Source of the DNA: Epiperipatus broadwayi
Taxonomy: Eukaryota; Animalia; Onychophora
Direction: 5' to 3'
NCBI GenBank assembly: GCA_028023455.1
Contig: JAQFVV010000008.1
Coordinates: forward strand, 13,206,001-13,270,000
DNA: 64,000 nt
The position numbers and the translations under genes are program-made. The first letter of the stretch is position 1. Each line of letters opens with the position of its first letter. The notes beneath the pieces are model-generated. The model did no database searches. It was given only the letters and a program-made list of their open reading frames with translations, and had not been told where the DNA came from. This document shows, one piece after another, positions 1 to 12,680 of this stretch.

Positions 1-2949
1 GCCAGAGTTAAGAAAAATATAAATACTTCAAATTTTGTAGCCAAGCAGTTATAAATATTTAATAAGTGAATTGTAAACCAAATCCATGTTCTTTAAAATG
101 GTGGGTAAAGTAGGCCATAACTCTCCACGTCTTGCTCCTTGCCAGAGATGGAAAGAACTTTGGTCCGATAAAACACTGAGCTGTACCTCAGCAAAGCAGC
201 CCATGAAAGAATCTTCATTAATGTCTAATCATCACCAAAAGTGTCAACTTATCATCCTAAGTGCCCAGAAATGCAATGAAGACAACTGACCAGTAAATTT
301 CCACTCAGAGCTCTGATCATAAACTGTGACTTTCAATTCTCTTCTCTAAGCTAGCTATTTATTAATCTGCCTTTACAAACACCTTTTCTAAAATCTGCAA
401 AGAAAGCTGTTAAACGCTAATGTTTGAATCTTGTACGATTGTAAAATTTGTGATATTAAATTCTCTCTTAAAATGTAAAACTATGATAATCTCTCTATTT
501 TAAACTAAATGGATAATTTTCTGCGGTCTTTTATGCCTATTCCTGATCTATTCAATTTATTCTATAATTTTATCATTTTAATATTACATGTATTTAATAT
601 GCCAAATAACTCTAAACCATGAGTATTTATAAGTATAATTTTCGCTTATTGTTCTGCAATGATAATTTCAAATCTTCGCTATAATAAATATTAAATAATG
701 GAATTATTATTTTTTTCACTCACTGTTTGAGATCATGTTGTTATTTTAATGATTAATTTTGGGTATTAATATTATAATAATCAGTAGTGCTCTAGTTAAA
801 TTTGTAGTTTGCATAACTCTAGTTATAAATTATAACTATCTATATATGTAACTTATACATCACAGGAACTAACCACAGAGATATTCTCGAAGCATATTTC
901 TAATGTTTTATCTGTAATTATCCCTCAAATATACATTGTCCTTCTTAGATTTATATATTTTGAGATGCAGGTGATAATCTTAAACTAGGTTACTAATTAA
1001 TTTAGTCCATAAATAGTATATTTGAAATACTAAATTTGAGAACTGTGTTGTATAGATATGCACATAGATGCTATCTATTTTTAAGGCACGCTAAGATAAT
1101 TTACATATTTGCATTATATATATGTATAAGCTGTGGATGTGTCCTTACTAAGTATGCTATGTATAATTAACTGCTTGCTGCATGATTCTTGATGAGTTGC
1201 TGGTGGAGTCACACTTATCCACTTAGTTGGGGTAAAGCAAACTCTTTTAGAACTGGAACACATGGGTTCAGATTATTCATATTAATGCTTATCCAACTCC
1301 CTGAACTACTAATGTTCTTATTCATGGCAAGTTGTTCAGTCATAGGGCAACCGAGCATTTGATGCTGAAGCCCGTGAATAATGACCCATTCACACCTTCT
1401 AGTTTTATTAATATTTTAATATGTGCCATGGAGTATATAGGTAAACCTGTAGTAAACCAGTTTTTTCTCCCTTTATATTAAACACTTCTCCAGCGGCAGT
1501 ATATATCCTAATCTAAGTTAACATGCTAACCTGTGTATCTCTGAGCCTGATTATGTGCTCGACTTAGCTTGGTATAGATAGATGCCATAGGAGCACTATT
1601 AAGTTATGTTATATAACTTTGGCTATTAAGTTCCATATGATTTAGCAGACTACACAAGAGCTAGAAATTTGGCATATTATCATAAACTTAAATACCGCAT
1701 TACACTTTATAGAACACTTATAATGAGATAACATGTAACATATAATATCTCATTAGTTATTAACACCTGCAAGTGTAATCTTTCATGTTCCAACTATATA
1801 ATTTTGTATATTTTAATTTTAATATATTTTGTTTTTATTAAATTAATATTATTTAAAATATAACTCATTTTCATATCTTTATTGTCCATGAATTTATTTT
1901 TATCCAACTCTATATTTATGTGTACATACATCATTAGATATATATATATACATAGACCATTCTATTAGATTTCATAATTAATCATTGATATATTAGTGAT
2001 TCACTCATGTGTGTGTATATCTGACTAAATCGGTGTTAAGTTAGTTAATTTATGAGTCTCTTGTTCCACCCTGGGTGACTGCCGAACTGAGGTTAAATTA
2101 AATGTCTGTGTAACTTGAGAAATGTCATCCATAGGGTATTAGATCATTGAGCAGAGGTGAAAGGATTGAATGTTGGCGGGATTCTGGATCCCAGCATCCA
2201 TATTCTATCAGCTTTAGTATATTTTGCCTGTGTTCTAGATTTTGTTACATGGAGGGACAATTCTTACCATTACAATATGTAAATAAAATAAACAGATGAA
2301 ACAAAGGTATTGGATTTTGTTTAAAAATTAATGACATCGGATTGAGGATGGAAGAATGTGTTTATTTGGTTACTACAATTTACAATTACAGTTTTATCTT
2401 TAAACATTCCAACCTATACATAGGTATCTTACATTTACTTTTATAGTGGTTACAAAATACAATTGTTTAATGTGCTATACATGCAGCAGAGTTGAAAAGA
2501 GGTGAGTGTATTGCTTTATATATTATCTTGCCCACTTAATCTAATATATATTACTTACTCATGATCATTGAGATAGGAGACAACAATACAAATATGCAAC
2601 AATAAAAATTTTATTTACAGGATACTAATTGCTATTTCCATGCAAATCTTATTAATTATGAAATAGTGGGAAAACTTCTTTCAATTCTATCATGGATTTT
2701 AATTGGATAAGGAAATAACACTATATCCTCTAAGTCTCAAAGAAGATTGATGTAATATACAATCCAGTAGGTGATCTAGATGTTGGCATTTTCTTTTCTA
2801 CTTACTTTATGTTCTGGGATGCTTTTAGTCTTGGTTAACCTCACATTATGCTTCAAGCTTCAGTTTGCTCTTTTATATATTGGCTGGTAACTGTTTTGTA
2901 ATATTGTTCTCACTACTTCATAATTTTTTTCTGGTCTTTCAAAGACATT

Positions 2950-5200
2950 GAATACTACACCCTATGATTCTGGATATTGAACTTCTATATCACATCTCAA
3001 CTCATTTTTGTAAGTATATTGTGTGTATTTTGAAGATTCTATAACATAAATCTATTTTTTAAGTTTATAATTTATGTAATAGGTATCCATTTTTATCATG
3101 ATAAGTCCTGGAATGGAACTTTATCCTTGGATGCCCTCTGAAACTACCCTCCCCACTAATAGCAAGCATGGTTAGTTTATTTTTAATTGTCTATTCAAAA
3201 GCAATTCCATGGGAGACTTCATCTATGTTGCTGTAAATGTAGTAAATTGTGGTAATGATATAGGGTAAAACTAATATTTCAGCTTTCTCTTTTTTCTCTA
3301 TTCAACAATTTCCCCATTTATTGAACAAAATACATGATTTGCTCACTGCTTTGTGAATATAATGGTATTCTTACATGTTTAGTACTGGTATTTTCATAAA
3401 ATACTTTAAATTGCTGAGATACCCCATCAGTTATGTATACTTTTCCTAGAGCCTCATTACAGCAAAAAATAATCAAATAGCTTATAATTTGGAAATTCAT
3501 AAGATATTTGATCACACGAAATGATGGATTGCACAATGATAAATGGACACTGAATTCCAAAATCTATACAGAACATTATAATATTAGAATTGAGAAAAAT
3601 TATCTTTTATAATTTCAAACCATTTTGGAAATGTATCTACTATTATTAAAACGTATTTTTTTTCCATGGATTTATATGATCCATGTTTATTCTAGTATAT
3701 GCATTATTGGCTTCAGGTTATAATAAGACTGTGATGATGTGGCCATACGTTTTGACAACTAGCATTACCAGAAATGATGACCCTTTATATCTTTGTCTAT
3801 CCATAATCTAAACAAATATATTCAACTAATATTTTCATTTTCACCATTTTTGTGTGACACCAGTGAAATTTTATGTCTACATACTTCCATAGGAATGACT
3901 ATTCTTGATTTCCATATTATAGACTTAAAATGGATAATTTATAATATCAGTGTTTGCTTGCTTGATCATCATCTTAATCCAGTTTATTAAATGTTTATGT
4001 CTTTGGTCTTTATTCATTCAATTTTACTATATGGACACTATTTAATAGTTTTGCTATCTATTGTGGCAACCATCTCAATTTTTAATGAGTTTTCCTTATT
4101 TTTTTAAAATTGAAAATGACTTAATATATTCTTATGGGGAATATTTTCTTTATGAATATATTTCAAGTTAAATTATATGTTGTATATGGCAATGACAATT
4201 TAAACTAATAAACCATTCTTGGTGATATGTGTTCTATAGATATTTTTAATGAAAAACCACTATTGATTGGTTTGCCTTCCAAATATAATTAAGAATAATC
4301 TTAATGCACAATGCATTCCTATTATTTTGTGCATAATTGCTTTAGCTTGCTTAATGTGCATGATATGACAGCACTTATATTACTTCTATTAGAAATGCAT
4401 CATACCCAAAGATTAACATTTTTTCAGCATTATAATAATCCAAATCAGTAGTCTTGATTGAACTGATTTCTTTTTTTTAATATTCTCTTCAATAAATTTC
4501 CCCAATTCACTTTGCTTTCATTTTTTTAACTAACTGTATAGAAAGAAATTCAGCTATTTGTAACATAGTGGAAGTAAAATCTTCATAATATATGAGTAAA
4601 CACAAAAATGCTTGAGGTTGCCTAATATTGAGAATGTCCTTGCTTCTATAACTGTTCTTGATTTTTTGTGAATATCTTTAGTATTAATTTTAAAATCTAA
4701 GAATTTTAAGTTTTGCATTTTTCAGACTGTTATCTCTGCTTTATTGAATTTCATAGTTTTAATTTTTTGACAAGCCAATGAAAATTATTGGAATATGGCA
4801 GATATCACTTGATTAATTAAGCACAAATACTAATCTATTAACTTTGTATATGCCTGAATTTTTGTTGACTCAATATCCAATGATAATTTCAAATACGTAT
4901 TTTTAGTTGATTTTAGAAAAAAAAAACTTCCATTCTGTGAGGCCACAAATCCTAACACTAGCATGCCTATTCTGAATAGTTAATAGGATCTATTATGATC
5001 TTTGTTTTCAGATTATTGAACTTACCTGCTACTTGACCATAGTGCAAATGGAAGTAATCTGCTGTAAAAATTGATTGATTGAAAATGCTTACTATTATAT
5101 GAGTGGTATGTTTTCTAATATCTTCATGCAGTCTATTTTTAAAAGCACATTGATATGTGTTTAGTTTCATTAATTACTACTGTATGTTTCAGTTATTAAA
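2950..5200 (-). pseudogene. Heavily decayed Ty3/gypsy pol remnant (integrase clear; RNase H/RT faint)
   Basis: Minus-strand translation across stops and frameshifts gives integrase landmarks in the expected order: IVIP...VKMK...WIDKDI (zinc-finger region), RINMDH...IVDTFPKWFEII, ITDG..QQFKVF....KHVRIPLYSQSSEQIMYFVQ (ORF 3318-3560), and KSPMELLLNRQLK. Upstream boundary uncertain. Confidence 0.65.
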
Positions 5201-6049
5201 TTCAATTTCTATCCAATAGATTATTATACTCATGGAGAGATCTTAATGAAGATAAATTTTCCTTAAATTTACTCTTGTGCATTCTTGGCAATCAATAGCA
5301 CAATATTAAATCTGTCTCAATTTATTTTCATTGGCCTTATAATACTGCCAACTCTGAATCAAGTTCCACATATATTTGGTAATCATTTATAAAAATCTGG
5401 ATTTCAGTGATGTTATTTTTTGCTTTAAACTGTTTGGATTTCTATTTTTAAAATGTTACTTATTTCTTTGAATTTTTAAACTGCATGACATTTGGACAGA
5501 ATTACTGTTATAGTGATAGCACCTTTTTGTCAAGTTTTTTGGGACAATTCTTTCATTAAATATTTAATTCTACCACTCAGTCTTACTGTAATAATTTGGA
5601 TTTATAAATCATCATCTACAAAGAGTATGTTTTGACTAGCTACTAATTCCACTAGTATCATTTGTGCCAGGGCTGATTCAAATAGTATTTCAGCATTCAT
5701 TAAAAGTTTGTAGACTATGATACATCATTCCATATATTAATCTATCTTTCAATACTTCCTCTAAGAATGTTACAAATTCATAATAGTATGGTTATTACAC
5801 AGTTCTGCGGCAGACTCCAAGGCTCTTTCAATCACCTGATTTCTTAGACAGAAAGTATAATGTCCTATTATTACTAATGGCTTTAGACAAAAATAATATC
5901 TCATTAATGTGAATCAATGGTATTGCATTTCATATATGGGATGACATATACTCACTAACATAGTTGGTTTTAATTTCATTTTGCTAAGGTATTTGCATTA
6001 ATGTAAAATTTTAGTCTGTCCAGATATGAAAATCAATTATCAGATTTTG

Positions 6050-6109
6050 GTCAAGCATTGGTGGTCGAGAGGTCAGCGACGCTGATGCTATGACACATGG
6101 GGAAAAAAA
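6050..6109 (+). mobile_element. 60-bp tRNA-derived retroposon (acceptor stem + D arm only) with A tail
   Basis: Perfect 15-bp TSD AATTATCAGATTTTG at 6035-6049 and 6110-6124. Sequence GTCAA-GCATTGG-TG-GTCG-AGAGGTCAG-CGAC-G-CTGATGC-TATGACACATGGGG-A7. A-box-like TGGTCGAGAGG present; no B box. Confidence 0.8.
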
Positions 6110-7345
6110 AATTATCAGATTTTGATATTTCAAATTTCACAGTTATCTAATTTTTGCAATTGTAAATTTTTAATTAAAAAAAAAAGTTATATTTATTCAC
6201 TTACTGGATTTATATCGTCTTGATATATATCATTGTTATTGCTAATAATGTTGCGTTTTGTTTGAAAAAAATATGTTTGAATTGAGAAATACAATTATCT
6301 AATTTACAATATATATGTCAGAGTTGGAAATATTTATAGAATGTACTGAATTATAAATTACCTTGTCCACTAACCTTATATACATTATTTACTCACTATC
6401 GACAACAGTAAAAAAAAATTCTGTCGGTCAGCAACAGTAAATATTTTAATATCAAATCATGAGCCTCATTTCCAATCAAAACCTATTTTGTTTTGAATCC
6501 CATTAACTGGTTCAGGAGGGTTCAGTATAAAACTGGATTTTAAATTTATATATTGGATTTTAAATTTTGAAGACACCATCTACCTATTCCTATACATTGT
6601 CACAATGATAAAAATGTAATGAATCTGAGCAATTATTCCGTATTTACGATACTGTTAAATTATAGTTATTTACATCTGGAGTTACAGATACTTTATGTTA
6701 GGAGACTCAAAGTGTTCAGAATAGCTATTGAAATTCAAGGAATCTGAATTTAAGCAGATGCAGCCACTATATCTTTTATTTATTAAATAGCTAATAGAAA
6801 ATAGAATTTTTGTATTAAAAATTCTCCACAAGAAAGGTTTTTGATGTAAAATTTATCTTCCACAGAATATTTTTCTTGAAAACTGCACGCAAATTTTTTG
6901 CTTTACTTAGCAAAATATTATTAGGAAAATCTTTTTCGTCTAAAATTTAAATCAGTTATTATATATATAATAGTAGTTTTAACTATTGTTTAAAAAAATA
7001 TAATTAAAAAAAACTTAAAAACAGCCTGACCCTCGACATTCCAAGGTTATTTATGTCTTTGGTCCATTGAGCTATTTTTATTACCCGCATAGCTTACAAG
7101 AAAAAAACCACGTGATAAATGTACACTTAGTACAGAAAAAGTTTTTGAAAACAAAACTTTTTGAATATACAATAAATAAAAATTAATGCTTTTATTCAAT
7201 TATACTTAATTTTTTATTATTGTTGACTGTAATCACAGTCTATAATTAGATTTTTATTTTTTGGTCGGCTTTTTTAAATTTTATTTTATGAATGAGTAAA
7301 CATTAGAATAGCCAACTTTTATCCCCAAAACTATTTAAATTAAAT

Positions 7346-8365
7346 ATGGCGGACAATATGAATTTTAACGGCAATTATTCCGAAATATTTTTATCCAAAA
7401 ATGAGATATGGAATCAAACAAAAAATTCATCGCTGAAGGAAGAAAATAATTCAAATTTAAGCATTTTACTTTCAGTTATGGGATTGTGGAATTTTTGTAT
7501 GCTTTGGACATCAATAATTTCCACGTATCTTATTATTTCCATAATTAGAAAGATGCAACTATCGGCCCTAGCAATTTTAATAATTAATAGTTTTGTATTA
7601 GATATATTTCAGAGTTGTTCGCTTGCTCTTGCTATATATTTTATTCTTCTAGCAAAATATTTTGATTTGAACAAAGTTTGTAATTATTCAAAGTCTTTCT
7701 TTCATTTTTTCATGCAAGAATATTTACTTTTGTGTACCTTGTTATGGATGGAACGTCTTCTAAATCATTGGCTTAGACTGAAAGTTCATTGGCTACTTGC
7801 TACAATTTCATGCTTTTTTTTCTGGATTTTGGGAGTAGCTATATACTTATGGTCCGATAATAACCCTCCTTTTATTTTCATTCCTGCAGATTGCATTTTA
7901 AATACTTCGTTGAAATATTACGAATGGAATATGCCGACTTTTGTTTATTTAGTTGGTCCTCTGCTAATGATAACAATTTTTATTTTTCAAGTTTTATATA
8001 TCTTGATTCCAGTATTATTTCCCCCAAATGTTAATTCCAATATTTTCGCTCAGTACTATTATACTAAAGCGGTATTTTTTTTGTCTTGCTTTCACTTTTT
8101 TTTATCTTTACCTTATTATAGTTCGTTTATTTTGCTAAAGTTGGATGAAACTTTTATTACAATCAATACAATATGTATAATAATGTCAGTTGTGTTTAGC
8201 CCGTATATTAAACTTGCTGTTTTCCGTTATTGTTTTGCAGCTTATAAACGGTGTATAATAACACGAGATCGTAGGATTCGTCAGTTATCCAAAAATAGAC
8301 AACTTGTAGAATTATTAAAGCCAGTTTTTGATGGATTAAGAAAAGAAAGTGGCGAGGTATGTTAA
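7346..8365 (+). CDS. Divergent class A (rhodopsin-like) 7TM GPCR, orphan, 339 aa
   Basis: Uninterrupted 1-kb ORF in ~75% AT DNA with seven hydrophobic segments. N-terminal sequons NYS/NQT/NSS/NNS/NLS. TM2 INSFVLD; TM3 Cys exactly 25 residues before the R of ERL (DRY equivalent); TM4 Trp; ECL2 Cys (ADC); TM5 Pro; TM6 LSLPYY; TM7 SPYIK. Confidence 0.9.
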   Translation: MADNMNFNGNYSEIFLSKNEIWNQTKNSSLKEENNSNLSILLSVMGLWNFCMLWTSIISTYLIISIIRKMQLSALAILIINSFVLDIFQSCSLALAIYFILLAKYFDLNKVCNYSKSFFHFFMQEYLLLCTLLWMERLLNHWLRLKVHWLLATISCFFFWILGVAIYLWSDNNPPFIFIPADCILNTSLKYYEWNMPTFVYLVGPLLMITIFIFQVLYILIPVLFPPNVNSNIFAQYYYTKAVFFLSCFHFFLSLPYYSSFILLKLDETFITINTICIIMSVVFSPYIKLAVFRYCFAAYKRCIITRDRRIRQLSKNRQLVELLKPVFDGLRKESGEVC

Positions 8366-9351
8366 CTTCTTTTTATATTTTCTTTTTAAATCTGATGTAA
8401 TTTCAGCATTCCAAATTAAATTATGGATAAGTATTGTTAATTAATCGAATTTCGCTTTTTACTAATTAAAATGGATAATATTTATAAACTTCTACCCCCC
8501 CCCCCCCCACAGATTTGTAATTACTGCCTACGCAATGTTTTTAGGTTTAATATTTAAAAAATAGTTTTGTGTGTATGCGTGTGTTGTTAAATAAACAAAA
8601 AAAAATATTGGCATAATTCATGAAAGACTTTATCAATCCGATGATAAAACCAATTATAATGGTTTCAAGATTTTTTCACATTTTTTGTTTATTTAACATC
8701 ATTTTAATGATTCCGGAATTACTTTTAATAGAAAAGCATAAAAAAATTAGAAATTATCAAGTGTAATATAGAGAAGGAAAAATTGTTTTTGTAATAGAAC
8801 CATATTTGTAAACATGTAGATTTTTTTTTTTTTTAAAAAAAAAAGCAAATTCATATACATAACTTTATGCTAAGGATTTGGGTTTATTAAACTTTTTTAT
8901 CGTGACTCCTTTTTACAATGAAAAAAAATGCTTTTCTGGTATTTATAAATATTCCAAAATAAAATCTTTTTTTTAAATGTGATTCAAATGCAGGTGCAAA
9001 ATTTTAATAGAAAATAATTATCTTTTCAAGGTAGAATGATTAGTAATTGTTGTTTTGTTTTTTTTAATTTTTGGGCTTCATTCATTTTTTTCATATGAAT
9101 CTCAACAATCACAATCTTTAATTTAATAAGAATTGCTAAAGTTAAATAGTGTTGTGTTATCACATGATCATAGATTTTGTTGCAAAGTTCTTAAATTCGC
9201 TTTCAGTGGAATACAGTATTTTTACATTGATATTGAGTTAATTATGGATGCTAATGCGAATCATATAAGATGAGCCAATCGTCTTAAATGTTGTTTTAAA
9301 TATATATATGCATTATGAGTGCAAATTATAGCAATATAGTTAATTTTTTGT

Positions 9352-9495
9352 TTAACTTTATCTTATTGCATTACCAAATCCATATAATATTAAATCATCT
9401 ATGTTCTTGATCACTGTTTATAATGCTTTTTTAGTGGGTTAATGCTAAAAAAAAAAAAAAAAGCATTGTAAAGAACATAGATGATTTAATATTAA
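9352..9495. repeat. Palindromic interspersed repeat, copy 1 (MITE-like)
   Basis: Arms AATATTAAATCATCTATGTTCTT..TAATGCTTTTT / AAAAAGCATTGTAAAGAACATAGATGATTTAATATT. Shares the left flank TTAACTTTATCTT..CCAAATCCATATAATATTAA with the copy at 52689. Confidence 0.7.
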
Positions 9496-9508
9496 TTTTT
9501 TGTTTCAG

Positions 9509-9529
9509 AAAGAGCTCAAGATATTATGA
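9509..9529 (+). CDS. Possible short terminal coding exon of the GPCR (KELKIL*)
   Basis: Phase-0 donor GAG|GTATGT at 8356/8357 lies two codons before the ORF stop. Acceptor TTTTTTGTTTCAG ends at 9508. AATAAA near 9845. No transcript evidence. Confidence 0.35.
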   Translation, partial: KELKIL

Positions 9530-9869
9530 AAATGACCATTCTTCCCAGAAAACTATGTATAACTTGATTTTTTAAAAAAGAATACAAAACATATAATGAA
9601 GAAATACATAAAAGACCAAATCCATAATACTCATTATGAAAGTAAGTCTAAAAATGAATATGAAGAAGTACAAGAGAAGTTTCTTGCACAACATTATGTA
9701 GAATGATGCATAAAAATATCTTTTATATATCTTTAAAAACTATTATGATATTATTTTTGGAATCTATTTGTATAAAAATTTAATGTTGATTAGATATGTT
9801 TCATGCAACAAACAATTCATATGTTTAATATACATATAGTGTGAAAATAAATTTTTCAGTATTACTACA

Positions 9870-11271
9870 GTTTTATAATAGTTTTGTATTAGCGAATATT
9901 TTGGACAGGGTTGCAGCTGATGAATAGATGTTAAAATATTTGTGTTTAGTGAATGCCTTATTACAAATGTTTGAAGGATTGCTCATGCAAATTTGTCTTT
10001 ATTTCTTTTTATATTATATGAATCAGTTGGTTTGAATTTTAAATTATTAATTTGTCTGTTTATTTTCGCAGAAAAATCCTATTTGGACAGTAATACAAAC
10101 CAATTTCCCTTATCTTCTTTCACACAAATAATATATTTTTTTGGGAAAATATTGTTTAGTGGATTCAAGTTCTTTAAACCACTGCATGTTTTGCACCTTG
10201 TTTGTTTAAGAACTGCTGTCTGCACTATTTGGCCAGTAATATTTTCTCTTTGCTGATTGTCATTGTATATTGTTTCCATGTCTGCAGCAAGCTCTCTCAT
10301 TGGATGTTTCCATATTCTGCCAATAAATCATGGTCCATAATCTAGAATTTTATTTATGTTATCTAGTGGATTGTGGATTGTGGATTGTTAAATTATCCAC
10401 GAGCTAATTTTAAACCATGTCTTTTTGTGAGAAAGCTTACTTTCCTTAACATATTTGGCTTGTAAGTTAATTGTGCATTTGTCATTAATATCTGATGGTA
10501 TATCTTGTGATAAATTAATTTTCCATTTATGTTACTGTTCTTTTTTTAAAGTCATCATACAACCTTTAATAATGTTTTTCAGTAAAAGTGATTTTAATTG
10601 GATGGTGATTTTATCTTGGTTATAATTAGCCTTGGATAAATAAATTTGACAGCATTTTGGAAAGATTTTTGAACTAAACATGTTTCAAGGAATTTAATTC
10701 TTCCTTTAATACACAAGTCGACTTACGAATTTTAAGTACCATTTTATGCTTTAGTTAGGTATCCATTTTGTTATAATGTAATTTTGAAATTTTAATAAAC
10801 TTTTCTTAGAACAACATAATTCAAAAATAAATACATACTAAGTGTATATGGAAAAAAGCTTTATTTAATCTTAACACATGGTATGCTTAGCATGCTTTTG
10901 ACTACTTAGTAGTCATATTCATAGCAATAGTTGTCTGAGGAACTTAGTGACATTTATCAAGGAATAAACAAAATAGAGGGTTTGCACAAAATTTGAATAA
11001 AGGCTATAAATAAGTTCATTTAAATGAACCACTTTTTTGAAAGGGGAACACAAACTTCTTATTTATTTATTTTGTGTATATTGTTGACAATATGCCACGT
11101 TTTTTTAACTTTACATTTAGCATTATTTCTTTCAGAGTTGCCAGCAAATGTAGGTTCAAACCTGTGGCCAAACTTAGACTCATGCTCAAAGAAAATAGAT
11201 TTAAATTATATGTTCATCTTAACTCAATGTTGTTGCATCCAATTTTATACACCTTGGGACTTGACCATACC
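9870..11271 (-). mobile_element. Inverted partial Penelope-like element (pseudo-LTR + 5' body)
   Basis: Reverse complement aligns by eye, with many substitutions and one ~80-bp deletion, to 11344-12780. Includes the GIY-YIG-region segment and a hammerhead. Confidence 0.85.
10883..10927 (-). ncRNA. Minimal type I hammerhead motif, AUGAAUA core (copy A; G12 mutated to A)
   Basis: UUGCU AUGAAUA U GACUAC UAA GUAGUC AAA A GCAUGC U A AGCAU. Perfect 6-bp stem II; palindromic stem III AGCAUGCU. Confidence 0.7.
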
Positions 11272-11754
11272 AAGTTGGCCTTTGCTCCTCCCCCACATTA
11301 AATTGCCTAATTAACAATATTAAAGGCAAACTGCCTCCTGAGTTCAAGTTCCAAATGGTGTACAAAATTGGATGCAACAGCATAAACTGTTATGCAATTT
11401 ATTACGATGAAATGTGTGCCGATTTATTTACAAGAATCGCACAGCACAGATGCCAATATAATTGAGCTAAGATGAACATGGAGTTTTCTTTGAGCATGAG
11501 TCTAAGTTTGGCCACAGCTTTGAACCTACATCTTCTGGCATCATCTGCTCTGAAAGAAATAATGCTAAACATAAAGTTAAAAAGACATAGCATATTGCCA
11601 ATTAACATACACAATAAATAAGTAAGAATCCTGTGTCCCCCTTTCAAAAAAATGACTCATTTAAATGAACTTATTTAATCTTTCATTCAAATTTTGCGCA
11701 AATCCTCTATTTTGTTTATTTCTTGATAAAGGTCACAAGTTCCTCGGACAACTA

Positions 11755-11799
11755 TTGTTATGAATATGATGACCAAGTAGTCAAAAGCATGCTAAGCAT
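11755..11799 (+). ncRNA. Minimal type I hammerhead motif, AUGAAUA core (copy B; degenerate)
   Basis: UUGUU AUGAAUA U GAUGAC CAA GUAGUC AAA A GCAUGC U A AGCAU. Confidence 0.6.
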
Positions 11800-12680
11800 A
11801 CCATGTGTTAGGATTTGAATAAAGCTTTTTTCTATATACATTTTGTACGTATTTATTTTTGAATTACATTGTTCTGAGAAAAATTTATTAAAATTTCAAA
11901 GTTAATTTATAACAAAATAAATACCATCTAAAATATAAGATGGTACTTAAAATTTGTAAGTCCACTTATATGTTAGAAGAAAGAATTAAGTCCTTTGAAA
12001 TATGTTTACTTCAAAAAATCTTTCTGAATTGCTGCCAAATTTATTTATTCAAAGCTATCCATAACCAAGATAAAATCATCATCTGATTAAAATCTCTTTA
12101 ACTGAAAAATATCATTAAATGTTTAAGATGGCTTTAAAAAAAAGAAGAGTGACATAAACAGAAAATTGACTTACCACAAGATATACAGTCAGATATACTA
12201 AGAAAATAAGCTTTCTCATAAAAAAACAAAGATTAAAATTAGCTTCCACAACTACATACAATTTTGTTAATTTAGCAACACACAATCTACCAGATAATAT
12301 AAAGAAAATTCTAGATTATGGATCATGATTTCTCGGCAGAATATAAAAACCTCCAATGAGGAAGTTTGCCAAGGATATTGAAACAATATACAATAATAAT
12401 CAGTGAAGACAAAAGATTATTCACCAAATAACACAGACAGCAGTTTGTAAACAAATCAAGGTGCAAAATATGGAGTGGTTTAAAGGCATCGAGTCCACTA
12501 AGCAATATTTGAACAAAAAGACATTATTTGTGTTAAAGAAGATGGGGGGAATCAGTTTATATTACTAGTCAAGCAGAATTTTTCGGCCAAAGTGAACACA
12601 CAAATTAATAATTTAAAATTCAAACCAACAGATTCATATAATATAAAAAGAAATGAAGACAAATTTACATCGGCAATCCT

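Noticed and set aside
86-300. Plus-strand 67-aa ORF; minus-strand LSDQSSFHLW resembling a Tc1 'SDES' motif
   Set aside because: Only one weak motif, stops nearby, and no TIR visible within the window.
5500-6030. Possible LINE APE endonuclease traces on the minus strand (LVSICHP, LVIIGHY)
   Set aside because: Motifs are too degraded to distinguish from the upstream part of the gypsy remnant or from chance.
8495-8510. Long C homopolymer downstream of the GPCR
   Set aside because: Simple repeat with no supporting structure.
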